From Candidatus Pacearchaeota archaeon CG_4_10_14_0_2_um_filter_35_33 (GTDB lineage Archaea > Nanobdellota > Nanobdellia > Pacearchaeales > GW2011-AR1): DNA of 64,000 nt. This document shows, one piece after another, positions 37,638 through 48,091 of this stretch; the stretch's first letter is position 1; every line of letters begins with the position of its first letter. The translations under genes were made by a program, and so were the position numbers. The notes below the pieces were generated by a model. That model did not search any database and was not told where the DNA came from. It worked only from the letters and a program-made list of their open reading frames with translations. The DNA is taken from positions 24,475 to 88,474 of the forward strand of contig PFOR01000012.1 in NCBI GenBank assembly GCA_002792635.1, read 5' to 3'.

Positions 37638-38340
37638 TTAGTTAACTTTTATTTCTAATTCACCTGACTTAACTCTTTGAACCATGTCATTTAAGATAAC
37701 TATCTTATCCACGGGAACTGTTGCGATTAATCGAGCTAGCCAGTGTGACTCCCAAATCGCTCCTGCTCCCTCCATGTCCTCTAATCCTTCTCCAGCATCA
37801 TTTCCTCCGATGTTTAAGGTAAGATAATGGTCTGGTCCTCTTTGAATCATCCAATCTAGATTTGAGATGCCCATACCATACATATGCCTCTCTTTTCCTA
37901 ATGCTGGACAAGGTACAGGGGAGTCTAAGTCAACCCAAGAAACGATCCCATATTTCTCTGAAAGACTTCTTGTGCTTCTTCTAGGACTCTGGTAACATCC
38001 TCTTTCCAGTTATAGATTCTATGTTCCATGCGTTGAGAAACATAATCTTCATCAAGTCCTAAATCTGGAAGCCCTTCTTTCATCTCTCTTACTAAAGCAT
38101 CTATCGGGCGCTCTCCTTCTTCCACATGTCCTCCAAAAAGAATAACGGCTTTGGGTCAATAGAAACAATAATTTCCAGGTCGAAATAAGTCTGTCCTGGG
38201 ATAATCTGATTTATCGACTTCCCTTCCTTGTAAAAGATAATCCGTGTCATATCTGGGGCCACTTACTAATAATAAGCTAACTGCAACATCTGTGTCTTCT
38301 GCCGTGATTAATTTTTGAAAATGTCTTTTTAATTCTTTTT
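37638..38340 (-). pseudogene. NUDIX-domain pseudogene
   Basis: YLLQGR..FY*PKAVILFGGHVEEGERPIDALVREMKEG; in-frame TGA plus a frameshift near 37925. 5' boundary approximate. Confidence 0.6.
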
Positions 38341-38382
38341 GGAGATTTCTATCATAGAGAGTAGTAAAAATTAGGGGAAAGA

Positions 38383-38604
38383 TTGGAGGTTAGTGCTGAA
38401 AACTCTTCTGGGGTAATGTGTCCGGATTTGTTAACAGGAGATGTTGATTTTGTTGCTCAAGTATTGGCAAAGGATTCTTTTGAACCTTCTACCCGATATT
38501 TATTGACAAGAGCGCTTGGTGGGGCGGTTTTAGATTATTCTGGAAAGGATATAGGAAATAAAAATGGAGGCCTGTGGGAAATCACTATGAGGCCCTTTTA
38601 TTAA
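38383..38604 (+). pseudogene. gene fragment, weakly inositol-monophosphatase-like C-terminus
   Basis: YLLTRALGGAVLDYSGK resembles LIxxEAGGxVTDxxG; no N-terminal half. Confidence 0.25.
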
Positions 38605-38648
38605 CTCGTTCTTAAGAATTAGGGAAACAAGTTTGGAAGTGTGTAGGG

Positions 38649-40385
38649 CTAACTCGGTCTAACTGTCCAAACATCACCGAAAGCAAAGGCGTCCTTTCTT
38701 TCCGTATCAGGTTTTTTTGGATTGTAAGTCCTATCCATCAAATGCAATACAGTTGCCTTTTCATTTGCCAAAGGCATATAGCCGTGCCAATATCCAGGAG
38801 GTGTTTTTACTAGAATTGAGTTCTTTTCTCCAATTGTGAGGACTTTTATTTTGGCTGGCTCTTGAGAATCATCGACTAAAACATATTTGATGTTTCCTTT
38901 TATACAGGTTGTATAATCTGTTTGTTTCGAATGTTTATGGAGCCCTTTTATTGTTCCTGGATAGAGTTCGGAAACTAAAGTTTGTCCAAATTTACCTGAA
39001 AACAGATTATCATCATTCCTAACAACTTCAAATAAATATCCTTGACCGTTTGCAATGACATTGAGCTTTTTTATTTCGACACCTGGAAAATCTTCAGAGT
39101 TTGGATTATTGGAAGGCTTGTTTGTTGATTCTGGTTCCAGAATTCTCGGGGTTGGATAATGGACAATAAATCGGCCTCCTCTTTTTAAAAATTCTGATTC
39201 TTTTTGCATTATTTCTTCTGCATGGTTCCATGCTGAAAGTAAAGCGTAATCTGCATTATCTTCGTGAAAATGTTCCGGAGAAACTATAGGGATGTGCTTT
39301 CCAGGGGAAAATCTACCTTGTTTGAAGGGTGTGGAATCTGAAATATATTCCAAAGTTTCCCTGCCTATATCGCAGTAATTTTGGACTATCGTTCCTTTTG
39401 AAGCTGCAGCATAACCTACTATTTTCTTTCCTTCATCCTTTAATTTTCTTAAAAGGGCTTTTAATTCTATTCTACTTTGTTCTACTTTCTTTGAAAGTTC
39501 TAGATATGGTTGAATTGTATCAATGTCTTTTTCTTTTTCCTCCTGGAGATATTTTTTTAGTCTGTCTGTTTTTGGATAGTCGCCTTTTCTGCATGCATAA
39601 ACCCTCATGCTTCCTCCGTGAACCCATTGTTTCTCAGCGTCAAATACTTCTAAGCCATATCTTTCGAATAAATTGGATAAGGAGGTTAATGAAAAATACC
39701 AAACATGTGCGTCATAAATCTGATCATATGAAACCTTTTCTAATATTTCTGGAATGTATGGGTCTTCCGTTATAAAGACTCCTTTGTTGGCTAAAAGCCT
39801 TTCTATTCCTTTCATACAACTGCCTATTTCGATTATACTTAACAAAACATTGGTTGAAAAGATTACCTTAAAGTTTCCTTTTTCTGCTAGGATTTTCCCT
39901 GCAAGCTCTTCTGTAAAAAATTTTGAAATTGTTTCAACTCCTTGAGTTCTTGCAACGTCAGCTACATTATCTGAGGGTTCAATTCCGAGAGTTTTGTTAT
40001 TTTTAAAGGCCTTTAATAGGATTCCATCATTGCTTCCGATATCTAAAACCTGGGAATTTTCATCCAAAAATTTTTCCTCGGCTTCTTTGGCCATCTCTGC
40101 AAAGTGCTTCTCCATGAATTTAGAAGTTGATGAAAAAAATGCATAATGGGTTTTTCCAGCATCATCTGGAACAATATACTTACTATAGGGTGGCATTTCT
40201 ATCAGTTGAACCATTTTACACTCTTCACAAAATCCAACGTCCAGGTTGTAGTAAAATTCTCCTTTTTCAAGAGTCTCTTTTGTAAGAAATGCATTGGCTA
40301 TAGGCATTTTACCGAATGAAATGAACTTTACAAGAGCTGGCTTATTACAAGCCTTACAAATAAATTTCTCAACTCCGAAAAGCAT
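38649..40385 (-). CDS. NDP-sugar C-methyltransferase fused to a C-terminal RmlC-like cupin (3,5-epimerase)
   Basis: CKAC..MPIAN..CEECKMVQL, DIGSNDG, HGGSMR, GYAAASKG, LSAWN; P/N linker; then IKGLHKH..PPGYWHG. Confidence 0.9.
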   Translation of the reverse strand: MLFGVEKFICKACNKPALVKFISFGKMPIANAFLTKETLEKGEFYYNLDVGFCEECKMVQLIEMPPYSKYIVPDDAGKTHYAFFSSTSKFMEKHFAEMAKEAEEKFLDENSQVLDIGSNDGILLKAFKNNKTLGIEPSDNVADVARTQGVETISKFFTEELAGKILAEKGNFKVIFSTNVLLSIIEIGSCMKGIERLLANKGVFITEDPYIPEILEKVSYDQIYDAHVWYFSLTSLSNLFERYGLEVFDAEKQWVHGGSMRVYACRKGDYPKTDRLKKYLQEEKEKDIDTIQPYLELSKKVEQSRIELKALLRKLKDEGKKIVGYAAASKGTIVQNYCDIGRETLEYISDSTPFKQGRFSPGKHIPIVSPEHFHEDNADYALLSAWNHAEEIMQKESEFLKRGGRFIVHYPTPRILEPESTNKPSNNPNSEDFPGVEIKKLNVIANGQGYLFEVVRNDDNLFSGKFGQTLVSELYPGTIKGLHKHSKQTDYTTCIKGNIKYVLVDDSQEPAKIKVLTIGEKNSILVKTPPGYWHGYMPLANEKATVLHLMDRTYNPKKPDTERKDAFAFGDVWTVRPS

Positions 40386-40469
40386 AAGTCAGATTTAAAA
40401 AATCAGTTTAAATAGTTTTGTCTTATGTAGTATATAATACATAAATCTTTATTAATTGTTCTTGGGCTG

Positions 40470-40566
40470 ATTTGAAATGTTGAACAAGAAGGTTTTGATT
40501 ACTGGAGGATTGGGGTTTATTGGTAGTAATCTGGCTAAAAAATGTCTTGAGCTGGGCGCTGATGTG
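40470..40566 (+). repeat. 97-bp perfect repeat, copy 1 (copy 2 at 41441-41537)
   Basis: Base-by-base identity spanning the starts of both SDR genes. Confidence 0.95.
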
Positions 40567-41454
40567 GAAATTTTTAGTAGTACTCTTGAGAAGGAAATTA
40601 ACATCAATGATTTTAGAAGCCGGTTAAAAGTTACATTAGGGGATATAACAAACTATGGTGATGTAAAAAAAGCAGTTGTTGAAAAAGACTTTATATTCCA
40701 TCTTGCCGGACAGACAAGTCATTTGGTTGCTATGGAGAATCCTTATCTTGATATTGATGCTAATCTTGTTGGGACAATTAATGTTCTGGAAGCTTGTAGG
40801 AAATTAAATAAGGGTGCAAAAATTTTAGGGATTGGAACAATTTCGCAAGTTGGATTGTCAGAAAAAGAGAGTAAAGAAGGACTAAAAGATGATCCTGTGG
40901 AAATTTATTCTGCTAACAAACTTATAACAGAGAAATATTTTCAAATCTACAATAATTCCTATGGGGTAAAAAGCTGTTTTCTTAGATTAAGCACTGTATA
41001 TGGGCAAAGGCAAAGATTGGATAATGCGAAGAGGGGAATTACCAATTATTTTATTGGAAGGCTTTTTAGGGGAGAGGATATAACTGTTTATGGAAAAGGT
41101 GATTTTATTAGGGAATATTTACATATAGATGATGTTGTAGATGCCTTAATATTGGCTGCTGTTAAGGATGTGGAAGGGGTTTTTGTTTTGGGGGGGGATA
41201 GGATGAAATTTATTGAAATGGCTTCAAAGTGTGTTGAAGTCTTTAGAGAGATAACCGGCAAAGAGGGGAAAATGAAATTTGTCGAATTCCCCGAATATGA
41301 AAAAAAGATAGATGCTGGAAATAATTATGTAAATTGTCTGAAGGCTAAAGAGGTACTTGGGTGGTATCCTAAAACTAGATTCGAACAAGGGATTAAAAAA
41401 ACGATAAATTACTACTTGAAAGAAAATAAGCTAGAGGGATATTTGAAATGTTGA
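40477..41454 (+). CDS. NAD-dependent sugar epimerase/dehydratase (extended SDR) 1
   Basis: TGGLGFIG, HLAG, YSANK. Confidence 0.93.
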   Translation: MLNKKVLITGGLGFIGSNLAKKCLELGADVEIFSSTLEKEININDFRSRLKVTLGDITNYGDVKKAVVEKDFIFHLAGQTSHLVAMENPYLDIDANLVGTINVLEACRKLNKGAKILGIGTISQVGLSEKESKEGLKDDPVEIYSANKLITEKYFQIYNNSYGVKSCFLRLSTVYGQRQRLDNAKRGITNYFIGRLFRGEDITVYGKGDFIREYLHIDDVVDALILAAVKDVEGVFVLGGDRMKFIEMASKCVEVFREITGKEGKMKFVEFPEYEKKIDAGNNYVNCLKAKEVLGWYPKTRFEQGIKKTINYYLKENKLEGYLKC

Positions 41455-41537
41455 ACAAGAAGGTTTTGATTACTGGAGGATTGGGGTTTATTGGTAGTAA
41501 TCTGGCTAAAAAATGTCTTGAGCTGGGCGCTGATGTG
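41441..41537 (+). repeat. 97-bp perfect repeat, copy 2
   Basis: Identical to 40470-40566. Confidence 0.95.
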
Positions 41538-42431
41538 ACTATATTGGACAACTTGATGGATGATACCGGATCTAATTTATTCAACATAGAAGAAATAAAA
41601 GAAAAAATTGAGTTTATAAGAGGTGATATAAGAGATAGGGATTTGATGGAAGAGGTTGTGAAAAATAAGGATATAATTTTCAATTTGGCAGCCCAGGTAA
41701 GCCCTGTTCTTTCTATGGAGAATCCTTATCTTGATATTGACATAAATTGTAAAGGCCAAATAACGGTATTAGAGGCTTGCCGAAAAAATAACCCTGGTGT
41801 TAAGATAATTTATTCTGGAACTAGGACTCAAACTGGTGCTGTTAAAAGTGGCATAATAGATGAAAACTGTGAAGACAATCCAAGCGATATTTATGGTGCT
41901 GGAAAATTAGCAGGAGAAATTTATCATTTAATTTATAACAAAGTTTATGGTATTAAAACATGTTCTCTAAGATTTACAAACATCTATGGTGAGAAGGCAC
42001 AGATAAAAAACCCTAAATATGGGGTGATAAACTGGATGATAGGTCGTGCTGTTTCTGGAAATTCTCTTGCTGTGTTTAAACCCGGAGACCAGTTGAGGGA
42101 CATCTTGTACATAAACGATGCCGTAGATGCCTTAATATTGGCTGCTGTTAAGGATGTGGAAGGGGTTTTTGTTGTTGGCTCAGGAAAAGGGGTGAAATTT
42201 GTAGATATTTCAAAATCAATTGCGGAGGTTTCTGGAAATGTTAAAGTTGAACTGGTGGATTGGCCCGAAAATAGAAAAAATATTGAAGTAGGGGATGCTG
42301 TTTTGGATATTGGCAAGATTATGGACTTGGGGTGGTCGCCAAAGGTGTCTTTATATGAAGGATTGAGAAAAACAGTAGATTTTTATAGAAATCATTTAGA
42401 CAAATATATTATGGAAGGAAAAAAGTTTTGA
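41448..42431 (+). CDS. NAD-dependent sugar epimerase/dehydratase (extended SDR) 2
   Basis: TGGLGFIG, NLAA, YGAGK. Confidence 0.93.
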   Translation: MLNKKVLITGGLGFIGSNLAKKCLELGADVTILDNLMDDTGSNLFNIEEIKEKIEFIRGDIRDRDLMEEVVKNKDIIFNLAAQVSPVLSMENPYLDIDINCKGQITVLEACRKNNPGVKIIYSGTRTQTGAVKSGIIDENCEDNPSDIYGAGKLAGEIYHLIYNKVYGIKTCSLRFTNIYGEKAQIKNPKYGVINWMIGRAVSGNSLAVFKPGDQLRDILYINDAVDALILAAVKDVEGVFVVGSGKGVKFVDISKSIAEVSGNVKVELVDWPENRKNIEVGDAVLDIGKIMDLGWSPKVSLYEGLRKTVDFYRNHLDKYIMEGKKF

Positions 42432-43357
42432 TTACCGGGGGATTAGGCCATATTGGGAGCAAGTTAATTAGAGAGTATTCTAAAAGAGAAGATATAAGCT
42501 TGATTAGAATTTTGGATAACTTTTTGGTCCAGAGATATTGTTCATTGTTTAATCTTCCTGAAAGCAAAAAATATGAGTTTATAGAAGGAGACATTATCAA
42601 TCAGAATGATTTAGAAGAGGCTATGAATGGAATAGATTTGGTTATACATTTAGCAGCAATTACGGATGCTCCAGCTACTTTACAAAACAAAGAAGAAACA
42701 TTAAGAGTTAATCTAGAGGGAACTAAGAATGTTATAGAATGTGCGATTAAAAATAAAGTTAAGAAATTTCTATTTCCCTCGACAACTAGTGTATATGGAG
42801 AAGCAGAGGGATTTGTGGATGAAGAATATTCTGACAATTTATACAAACCCTCTAGTCCCTATGCAGAGGCTAAAAAGATTGCTGAAAAGCTAGTTCTTGA
42901 AGCAAATGGCAAGGGGATAGAAACCAATGTATTGAGGTTAGGAACTATTTTTGGAACTAGTATTGGCATGAGATTCCATACTGCAGTAAACAAATTCTGT
43001 TATCTTGCTGCCTTGAATAAGCCATTAACTGTCTGGGATACTGCCCTGAATAACAAAAGACCTTATTTGGGATTGGATGATGCAATTTCTTCATTTATGT
43101 TTGTTGAGAAGAAAGGGGTACCTGGAGAGCTTTATAATGTCCTTACAAAAAATTATACCGTCCAGGAAATGATTGATAAAATTAGGAAAGTGGTTCCTGA
43201 TTTGAAAGTCGAAATTACGAAATCGCCTATCTTGAATCAGAAATCATATAACGTTTCTGACAAAAAGATTAGAGAGCTTGGTTTTGTTCCCAAGGATAAT
43301 ATTGAGGATTCTGTGAAGGATACGATAAATTTGTTTAAGGCTATCAAAAACCCATAA
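42428..43357 (+). CDS. NAD-dependent sugar epimerase/dehydratase (extended SDR) 3; start ambiguous (TTG or -1 frameshift)
   Basis: ITGGLGHIG, HLAA, YAEAK; KKV precedes the TTG in frame with no ATG. Confidence 0.88.
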   Translation: MITGGLGHIGSKLIREYSKREDISLIRILDNFLVQRYCSLFNLPESKKYEFIEGDIINQNDLEEAMNGIDLVIHLAAITDAPATLQNKEETLRVNLEGTKNVIECAIKNKVKKFLFPSTTSVYGEAEGFVDEEYSDNLYKPSSPYAEAKKIAEKLVLEANGKGIETNVLRLGTIFGTSIGMRFHTAVNKFCYLAALNKPLTVWDTALNNKRPYLGLDDAISSFMFVEKKGVPGELYNVLTKNYTVQEMIDKIRKVVPDLKVEITKSPILNQKSYNVSDKKIRELGFVPKDNIEDSVKDTINLFKAIKNP

Positions 43358-43403
43358 TTTTGAGTATCTAAATAAATATAAATGGTTTATTGGAAAAATT
43401 TTA

Positions 43404-44597
43404 ATGGAAACGGAGGATAGAATAAAAAATAGTTTTCAGAACTTAAAGAAAGATATTGAAAGTATTAAGAAATCGATAGATTCTTTGAAGAAAGATGATT
43501 TTTCTAAATCTGATGGAAGAATTTTTACATCTAAACCGTCCGTAAATTCAGACATGCTTGATGCTGTTAAAGAGGTTTTTGAATCTGGAATTTTCTCGAA
43601 TGGTGAAAAGTCAAAAGATTTTGAGGAAAGTTTTGCGAAATTTACTGGGGCAAAATATGCTATTGCTGTTTCCAATGGCACTGCAGCTATAGAAATAGTG
43701 TTGCAGGCATTGGGAATAAAAGAGGGGGATGAGATTATTGTTCCTTCATATACAACTATGCCTAGTATCGAGCCAATAATTGGAGTGGATGCGAAACCTG
43801 TATTTGTGGATATTGATGAATTTTTTACAATTAATCCAAAAAAAATAGAAAGGGTGATTACAAAAAAGACAAAAGGCAATAATTCCAGTCCATTTATATG
43901 GAAACTCGGCTGATATTGGTAAAATAAAAAGAATTTGTGATAAACATAAATTGTTATTGGTTGAAGATTGCGCCCAAGCCCATAATACCCTTTATATGAA
44001 CAAACATGGGGGTACTTTTGGTGATGCTGGTTGTTTCAGTTTTTATCCTACGAAAAATATTACGGTCTTGGGAGAAGGGGGAATGATTATAACCAATAAT
44101 GAGAAGTTAGCTAAAAAAATGAGAAAAATCGTTAACCATGGTGAAGAGGGAGATATTCCCATGTAGTCTTAGGTGGGAATTATAGACTTGGAGAAATTTC
44201 TAGTGCTATTGGTCTAGAACAGTTGAAACTAATTGAAAGATTTACGGATAGAAGAAGAGAAATTGCTCGAATCTATGATTGAAACTGGAAAAGTAAAAAA
44301 ATAATCTTACCTAGAGAGCCAAAATACTCTCGACATTCATATCATCTATATGTTATAAGGGTTAATCCAAAAAAGAGAGATAAAATAATTGAAGAATTAA
44401 GAAAAGAAAACATATTTCTTGGAATCTATTATCCCGTGCCTTGCCATTTGCAGAAAGTTGTTCTGGATAGATTTGAAAGAAAGAAACTCTTGAATACCGA
44501 GAAGAGAGTCAAAGAAATTATTTCGCTTCCCATGTACCCAAATTTAACTGATGACCGGGCAGTTAGAATAGCAAAATTAGTCAAAAAATTAGCTTGA
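43404..44597 (+). pseudogene. DegT/DnrJ/EryC1/StrS sugar aminotransferase pseudogene
   Basis: SNGTAA; frameshift ~43875 before AIIPVHLYG; EDCAQA; SFYPTKN; frameshift ~44150 before RYSH..GGNYRL; in-frame TGA ~44280; ends SLPMYP..LA*. Confidence 0.88.
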
Positions 44598-45347
44598 GGT
44601 TTCCTGTCTAAATGTTGGTCGACTTTGCAAATCCTTGTCTATTAAGAATTTACTCGATTTAAAGAGGCTTTCAAAGGTTCCTGCGTCTGACCAGAATCCT
44701 TTTATAATATCATACTTGCAATTTCCCTCTTTGACATAGAAATCAATCGCGTCTGTTATTTCTAGTTCTCCTCTTGCAGATGGAGACTGGCGATTTATCT
44801 TTTCAAACACTGTTGAATCAAACATGTATAATCCAGTTATTGCAAGATTTGATTTAGGATCTCTTGGTTTTTCTTCCACATAAACAACTTTATCCTCTTC
44901 TACGACAGCGCATCCGAAACGTCTGCCTGACTCGATTGACACTTCTTTCAAAAAAATTCTTGCGCCTGATTCTTGTTTTTCAAATTCTTGTACAAATTGA
45001 AATATATCGTCCTCAAAAATATTATCTCCTAAAATTACGATAACTTTATCTTCCCCTACAAATTTTCTCCCTACATTTAATGCTTGTGCTATCCCTCCTG
45101 CTTCTTCTTGGATGTCGTATGCTAAATCCACTCCGAATTCCTTTCCTGAGCCAAGTAAATTTAGAAAATCTCCTGCGTGTCCTGGTCCAGAAACAATTAA
45201 AATATCCTTTACGCCTGCATCTGCTAAAGTTTTGATTGGATAATATATCATTGGCTTGTTGTATACGGGCAATAAATGTTTATTCGTAACTTTTGTACAC
45301 GGATACATCCTGCTTCCTGTCCCCCCTGCCAAAATTATTCCTTTCAT
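44589..45347 (-). CDS. rfbA: glucose-1-phosphate thymidylyltransferase (RmlA/SpsI-like)
   Basis: GIILAGGTGSR, KHLLPVYNKPMI, LGDN, EEKP, RGELEITD, WSDAGT. Confidence 0.93.
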   Translation of the reverse strand: MKGIILAGGTGSRMYPCTKVTNKHLLPVYNKPMIYYPIKTLADAGVKDILIVSGPGHAGDFLNLLGSGKEFGVDLAYDIQEEAGGIAQALNVGRKFVGEDKVIVILGDNIFEDDIFQFVQEFEKQESGARIFLKEVSIESGRRFGCAVVEEDKVVYVEEKPRDPKSNLAITGLYMFDSTVFEKINRQSPSARGELEITDAIDFYVKEGNCKYDIIKGFWSDAGTFESLFKSSKFLIDKDLQSRPTFRQETSS

Positions 45348-46339
45348 GAAGTTCTCCTCCCTTCAATATTTTTTAAAGGTTCCCACCACCAGCTGTTTTG
45401 TTTATACCATTGTACGGTCTCATTAAGCGCGCTATCAAAACTATGTTTGGGATTCCAACCCATGGATTTTATCTTTGAACAGTCTAAAGAATATCTTAAA
45501 TCGTGGCCTTTTCTATCTTCTACATATTTTATTGATGATTCATCCGCACCTAAACAGGATAGGATGGATTTTGTTAAATCCAGATTTTGTAGCTCATTCC
45601 CTCCGCCGATATTATAAACTTCTCCTGGCTGGCCATTGTGGATGATAAAGTCTATAGCCTCGCAATTATCTGAAACGTGTATCCAATCCCTTACATTCTT
45701 TCCTGTTCCATATAATGGAACCTTTTTCTCTCCGATTAAGTTTGTTATGAATAATGGCATGACTTTTTCAGGGAACTGATAAGGACCAAAATTATTTGAA
45801 GATCTTGTTATGATTATGGGTTGATTAAATGTTCTTATGTTCCCCATGCACACCATTTCTGCTGCAGCTTTTGAAGCACTATATGGAGATGAAGGGTTTA
45901 ACAAATCTTTTTCTGTGCTTGATTTAGAATCAAACCCTAAGGAGCCATAGACTTCATCAGTAGATATTTGAATAAATAACTTGGCCTTTTTTCTTCTCGC
46001 GGCCTCTAAGATTGAGTGTGTTCCAAGAACATTATTTTCTATGAATACTTCTGGTTCGTTAATAGAATTATCCACGTGTGATTCTGCGGCGAAATTGACT
46101 ACTATATCCCCTTCATCTACGAGGTGTTGCATAAGGGCATAATTTTTAATATCTGCTTTGATAAATTGATAATTATCGGATTTTATATCTCTTAGATTTT
46201 CTAGATTTCCTGAGTAACTCAGCTTATCTATATTGATTACCTTATAATGGGGATACTTATTAATGATACATCTGATGAAATTCGAGCCTATAAATCCGGC
46301 ACCTCCTGTGACTATCACTCTTTGGGCCATATTAAGCAA
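45344..46339 (-). CDS. rfbB: dTDP-glucose 4,6-dehydratase
   Basis: GGAGFIG, FAAESHVD, STDEVYG, PYSASKA, DRKGHDLRY. Confidence 0.96.
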   Translation of the reverse strand: MLNMAQRVIVTGGAGFIGSNFIRCIINKYPHYKVINIDKLSYSGNLENLRDIKSDNYQFIKADIKNYALMQHLVDEGDIVVNFAAESHVDNSINEPEVFIENNVLGTHSILEAARRKKAKLFIQISTDEVYGSLGFDSKSSTEKDLLNPSSPYSASKAAAEMVCMGNIRTFNQPIIITRSSNNFGPYQFPEKVMPLFITNLIGEKKVPLYGTGKNVRDWIHVSDNCEAIDFIIHNGQPGEVYNIGGGNELQNLDLTKSILSCLGADESSIKYVEDRKGHDLRYSLDCSKIKSMGWNPKHSFDSALNETVQWYKQNSWWWEPLKNIEGRRTS

Positions 46340-46386
46340 AGATTTGAGGGTAATTTAAATTTAATTATCTGTCAATATATAGTTTT

Positions 46387-48057
46387 TTATCTTGAAATCT
46401 CGTAGATAAATGTATCTTGGTGAGTTGAAGCAAGCCTGAAAGTGATTCCATCAATTTCCATTGTTTCCTTGACGGTTTGCTGTTGATTTATCAGGTCTAA
46501 TTGAGTATCCATGAAAGGTACTTCTATAGAGCCGATTATCGTCTGGCCATTTTGTGAATTTTGGAAATAATTCAGTTGAACCATCCAGGGGGGTAGGGCA
46601 GGTTCAAATATATAGATTACAAGATATCTTATTTCTGGGTTATCCTTCATGGCTTGGGTGAATTCTTCCAAAGAGACTTCGGAAAAACGTTTCTCAAATA
46701 TCCATTCAGGGTCTTCTACATTTCTTTCCGAGTAATAAGCTAAGACAGGGGTGGGATAGCCTAATGCTGAATCAGAGGGATTTGAATTTGATTGGATAAA
46801 AAGTCCTGCTTCCTTTACTCCTGTGAATGAACTTACTTTCGATTTTATTATTGGGTCTGCATGCTGGATTTGATAGTATCCGCCGTAGCCCACTAAAACA
46901 ACGATTATGATTATAGGAATGTATTTGTGATATTTCTTGAAAAAATTCGCAATAATGGTTGTGCTTCGAGAAATACAGATAAATGAGCCCATTAAAAGAG
47001 GAAAATACCACCTGGGTTCTCCGAAGTCTCCTTGTGCTTGTTGATAGAAGAGAAAATAAGATAATGTAATTGCTATCGTTAATATGAAAAACAAATCTGA
47101 ACGAACTTTTGAATTCTGGGATTTTCTAATATGTCCAAGTGAAATGAATATGTTAGCCAACAGGGCTAGTGCGCCTAACCAGAACAAATAAAGAAGTGGG
47201 CTTGCTAATGCATTTGAAGTATTTTGAAAAAACGCTGAGAAAACATCGAAAGGCAATAAATTGAAGGGTGTTTCTCCACTCGTATACTTAGCAGCCACTT
47301 TTGTTATTGGTGCGAGAAATGCAAAAAACTCCAAAAATAAGATCAACGGAATTGAAACTGCAAGAGCTATCCAATTATATTTATCTTTTACTAGATGGGT
47401 AAATTTTCTAGTAAGCAACATGTAAATGATAAAGAAAAATCCAAATACAAAATACCCACGTCTGAATCCGTATGAAAGAACAGAAAGTACTGCTACAAGA
47501 GGAATTGCCCAATGGGATTTTATTTTTCCAAAGATTAGTTTTTTCTTCTCATATCCTTGCCAAAAGACTAATATAGCAAGTAGGCCAAAGAACAAGGCAG
47601 GTATCCCTAAATGAAACCTCATGCTATTGAATAAGATAGACCACAACGTAGCCATTAAAAAAGCAGAAATTAAGGCTATCTTTTTGTCTTTATAAGCCTC
47701 TACTGAAATAAAATAAACTATTGCAATTATTAATATCGAGGGCAATATTTCTAAGATAAATTTGATTGCTACTTCGGAAAGTGCAAATTTAAACAAAAGT
47801 GCAACTATATAGTAGAACAAGGTGTTGTGCTGAGAAGAGACAGACCATTCTACCGGAAATCCGGCGAGATTCTTTGCATAAGCCATATAATCCGCCTCAT
47901 CCCACCATAAAGGTTGAGATTTTGTAAGTGAAAAATAATAAAGACGAATTACAATTCCGAGAATTAAAATTGTAATAAATGTTAGGGTGTAAGGGTCTTT
48001 AATCCAGGCTATAACCTTATTTTTTCGACTTTGTATTATTTCTGAGGAATCATCCAT
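46387..48057 (-). CDS. GT-C (PMT_2/GT39-like) integral membrane glycosyltransferase
   Basis: QPLWWDEADY lumenal motif after TM1, many TMs, EPRWY. Confidence 0.85.
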   Translation of the reverse strand: MDDSSEIIQSRKNKVIAWIKDPYTLTFITILILGIVIRLYYFSLTKSQPLWWDEADYMAYAKNLAGFPVEWSVSSQHNTLFYYIVALLFKFALSEVAIKFILEILPSILIIAIVYFISVEAYKDKKIALISAFLMATLWSILFNSMRFHLGIPALFFGLLAILVFWQGYEKKKLIFGKIKSHWAIPLVAVLSVLSYGFRRGYFVFGFFFIIYMLLTRKFTHLVKDKYNWIALAVSIPLILFLEFFAFLAPITKVAAKYTSGETPFNLLPFDVFSAFFQNTSNALASPLLYLFWLGALALLANIFISLGHIRKSQNSKVRSDLFFILTIAITLSYFLFYQQAQGDFGEPRWYFPLLMGSFICISRSTTIIANFFKKYHKYIPIIIIVVLVGYGGYYQIQHADPIIKSKVSSFTGVKEAGLFIQSNSNPSDSALGYPTPVLAYYSERNVEDPEWIFEKRFSEVSLEEFTQAMKDNPEIRYLVIYIFEPALPPWMVQLNYFQNSQNGQTIIGSIEVPFMDTQLDLINQQQTVKETMEIDGITFRLASTHQDTFIYEISR

Positions 48058-48091
48058 TATGTTTTAGGGGCAAGAGGTTTTTTATTAGTTT

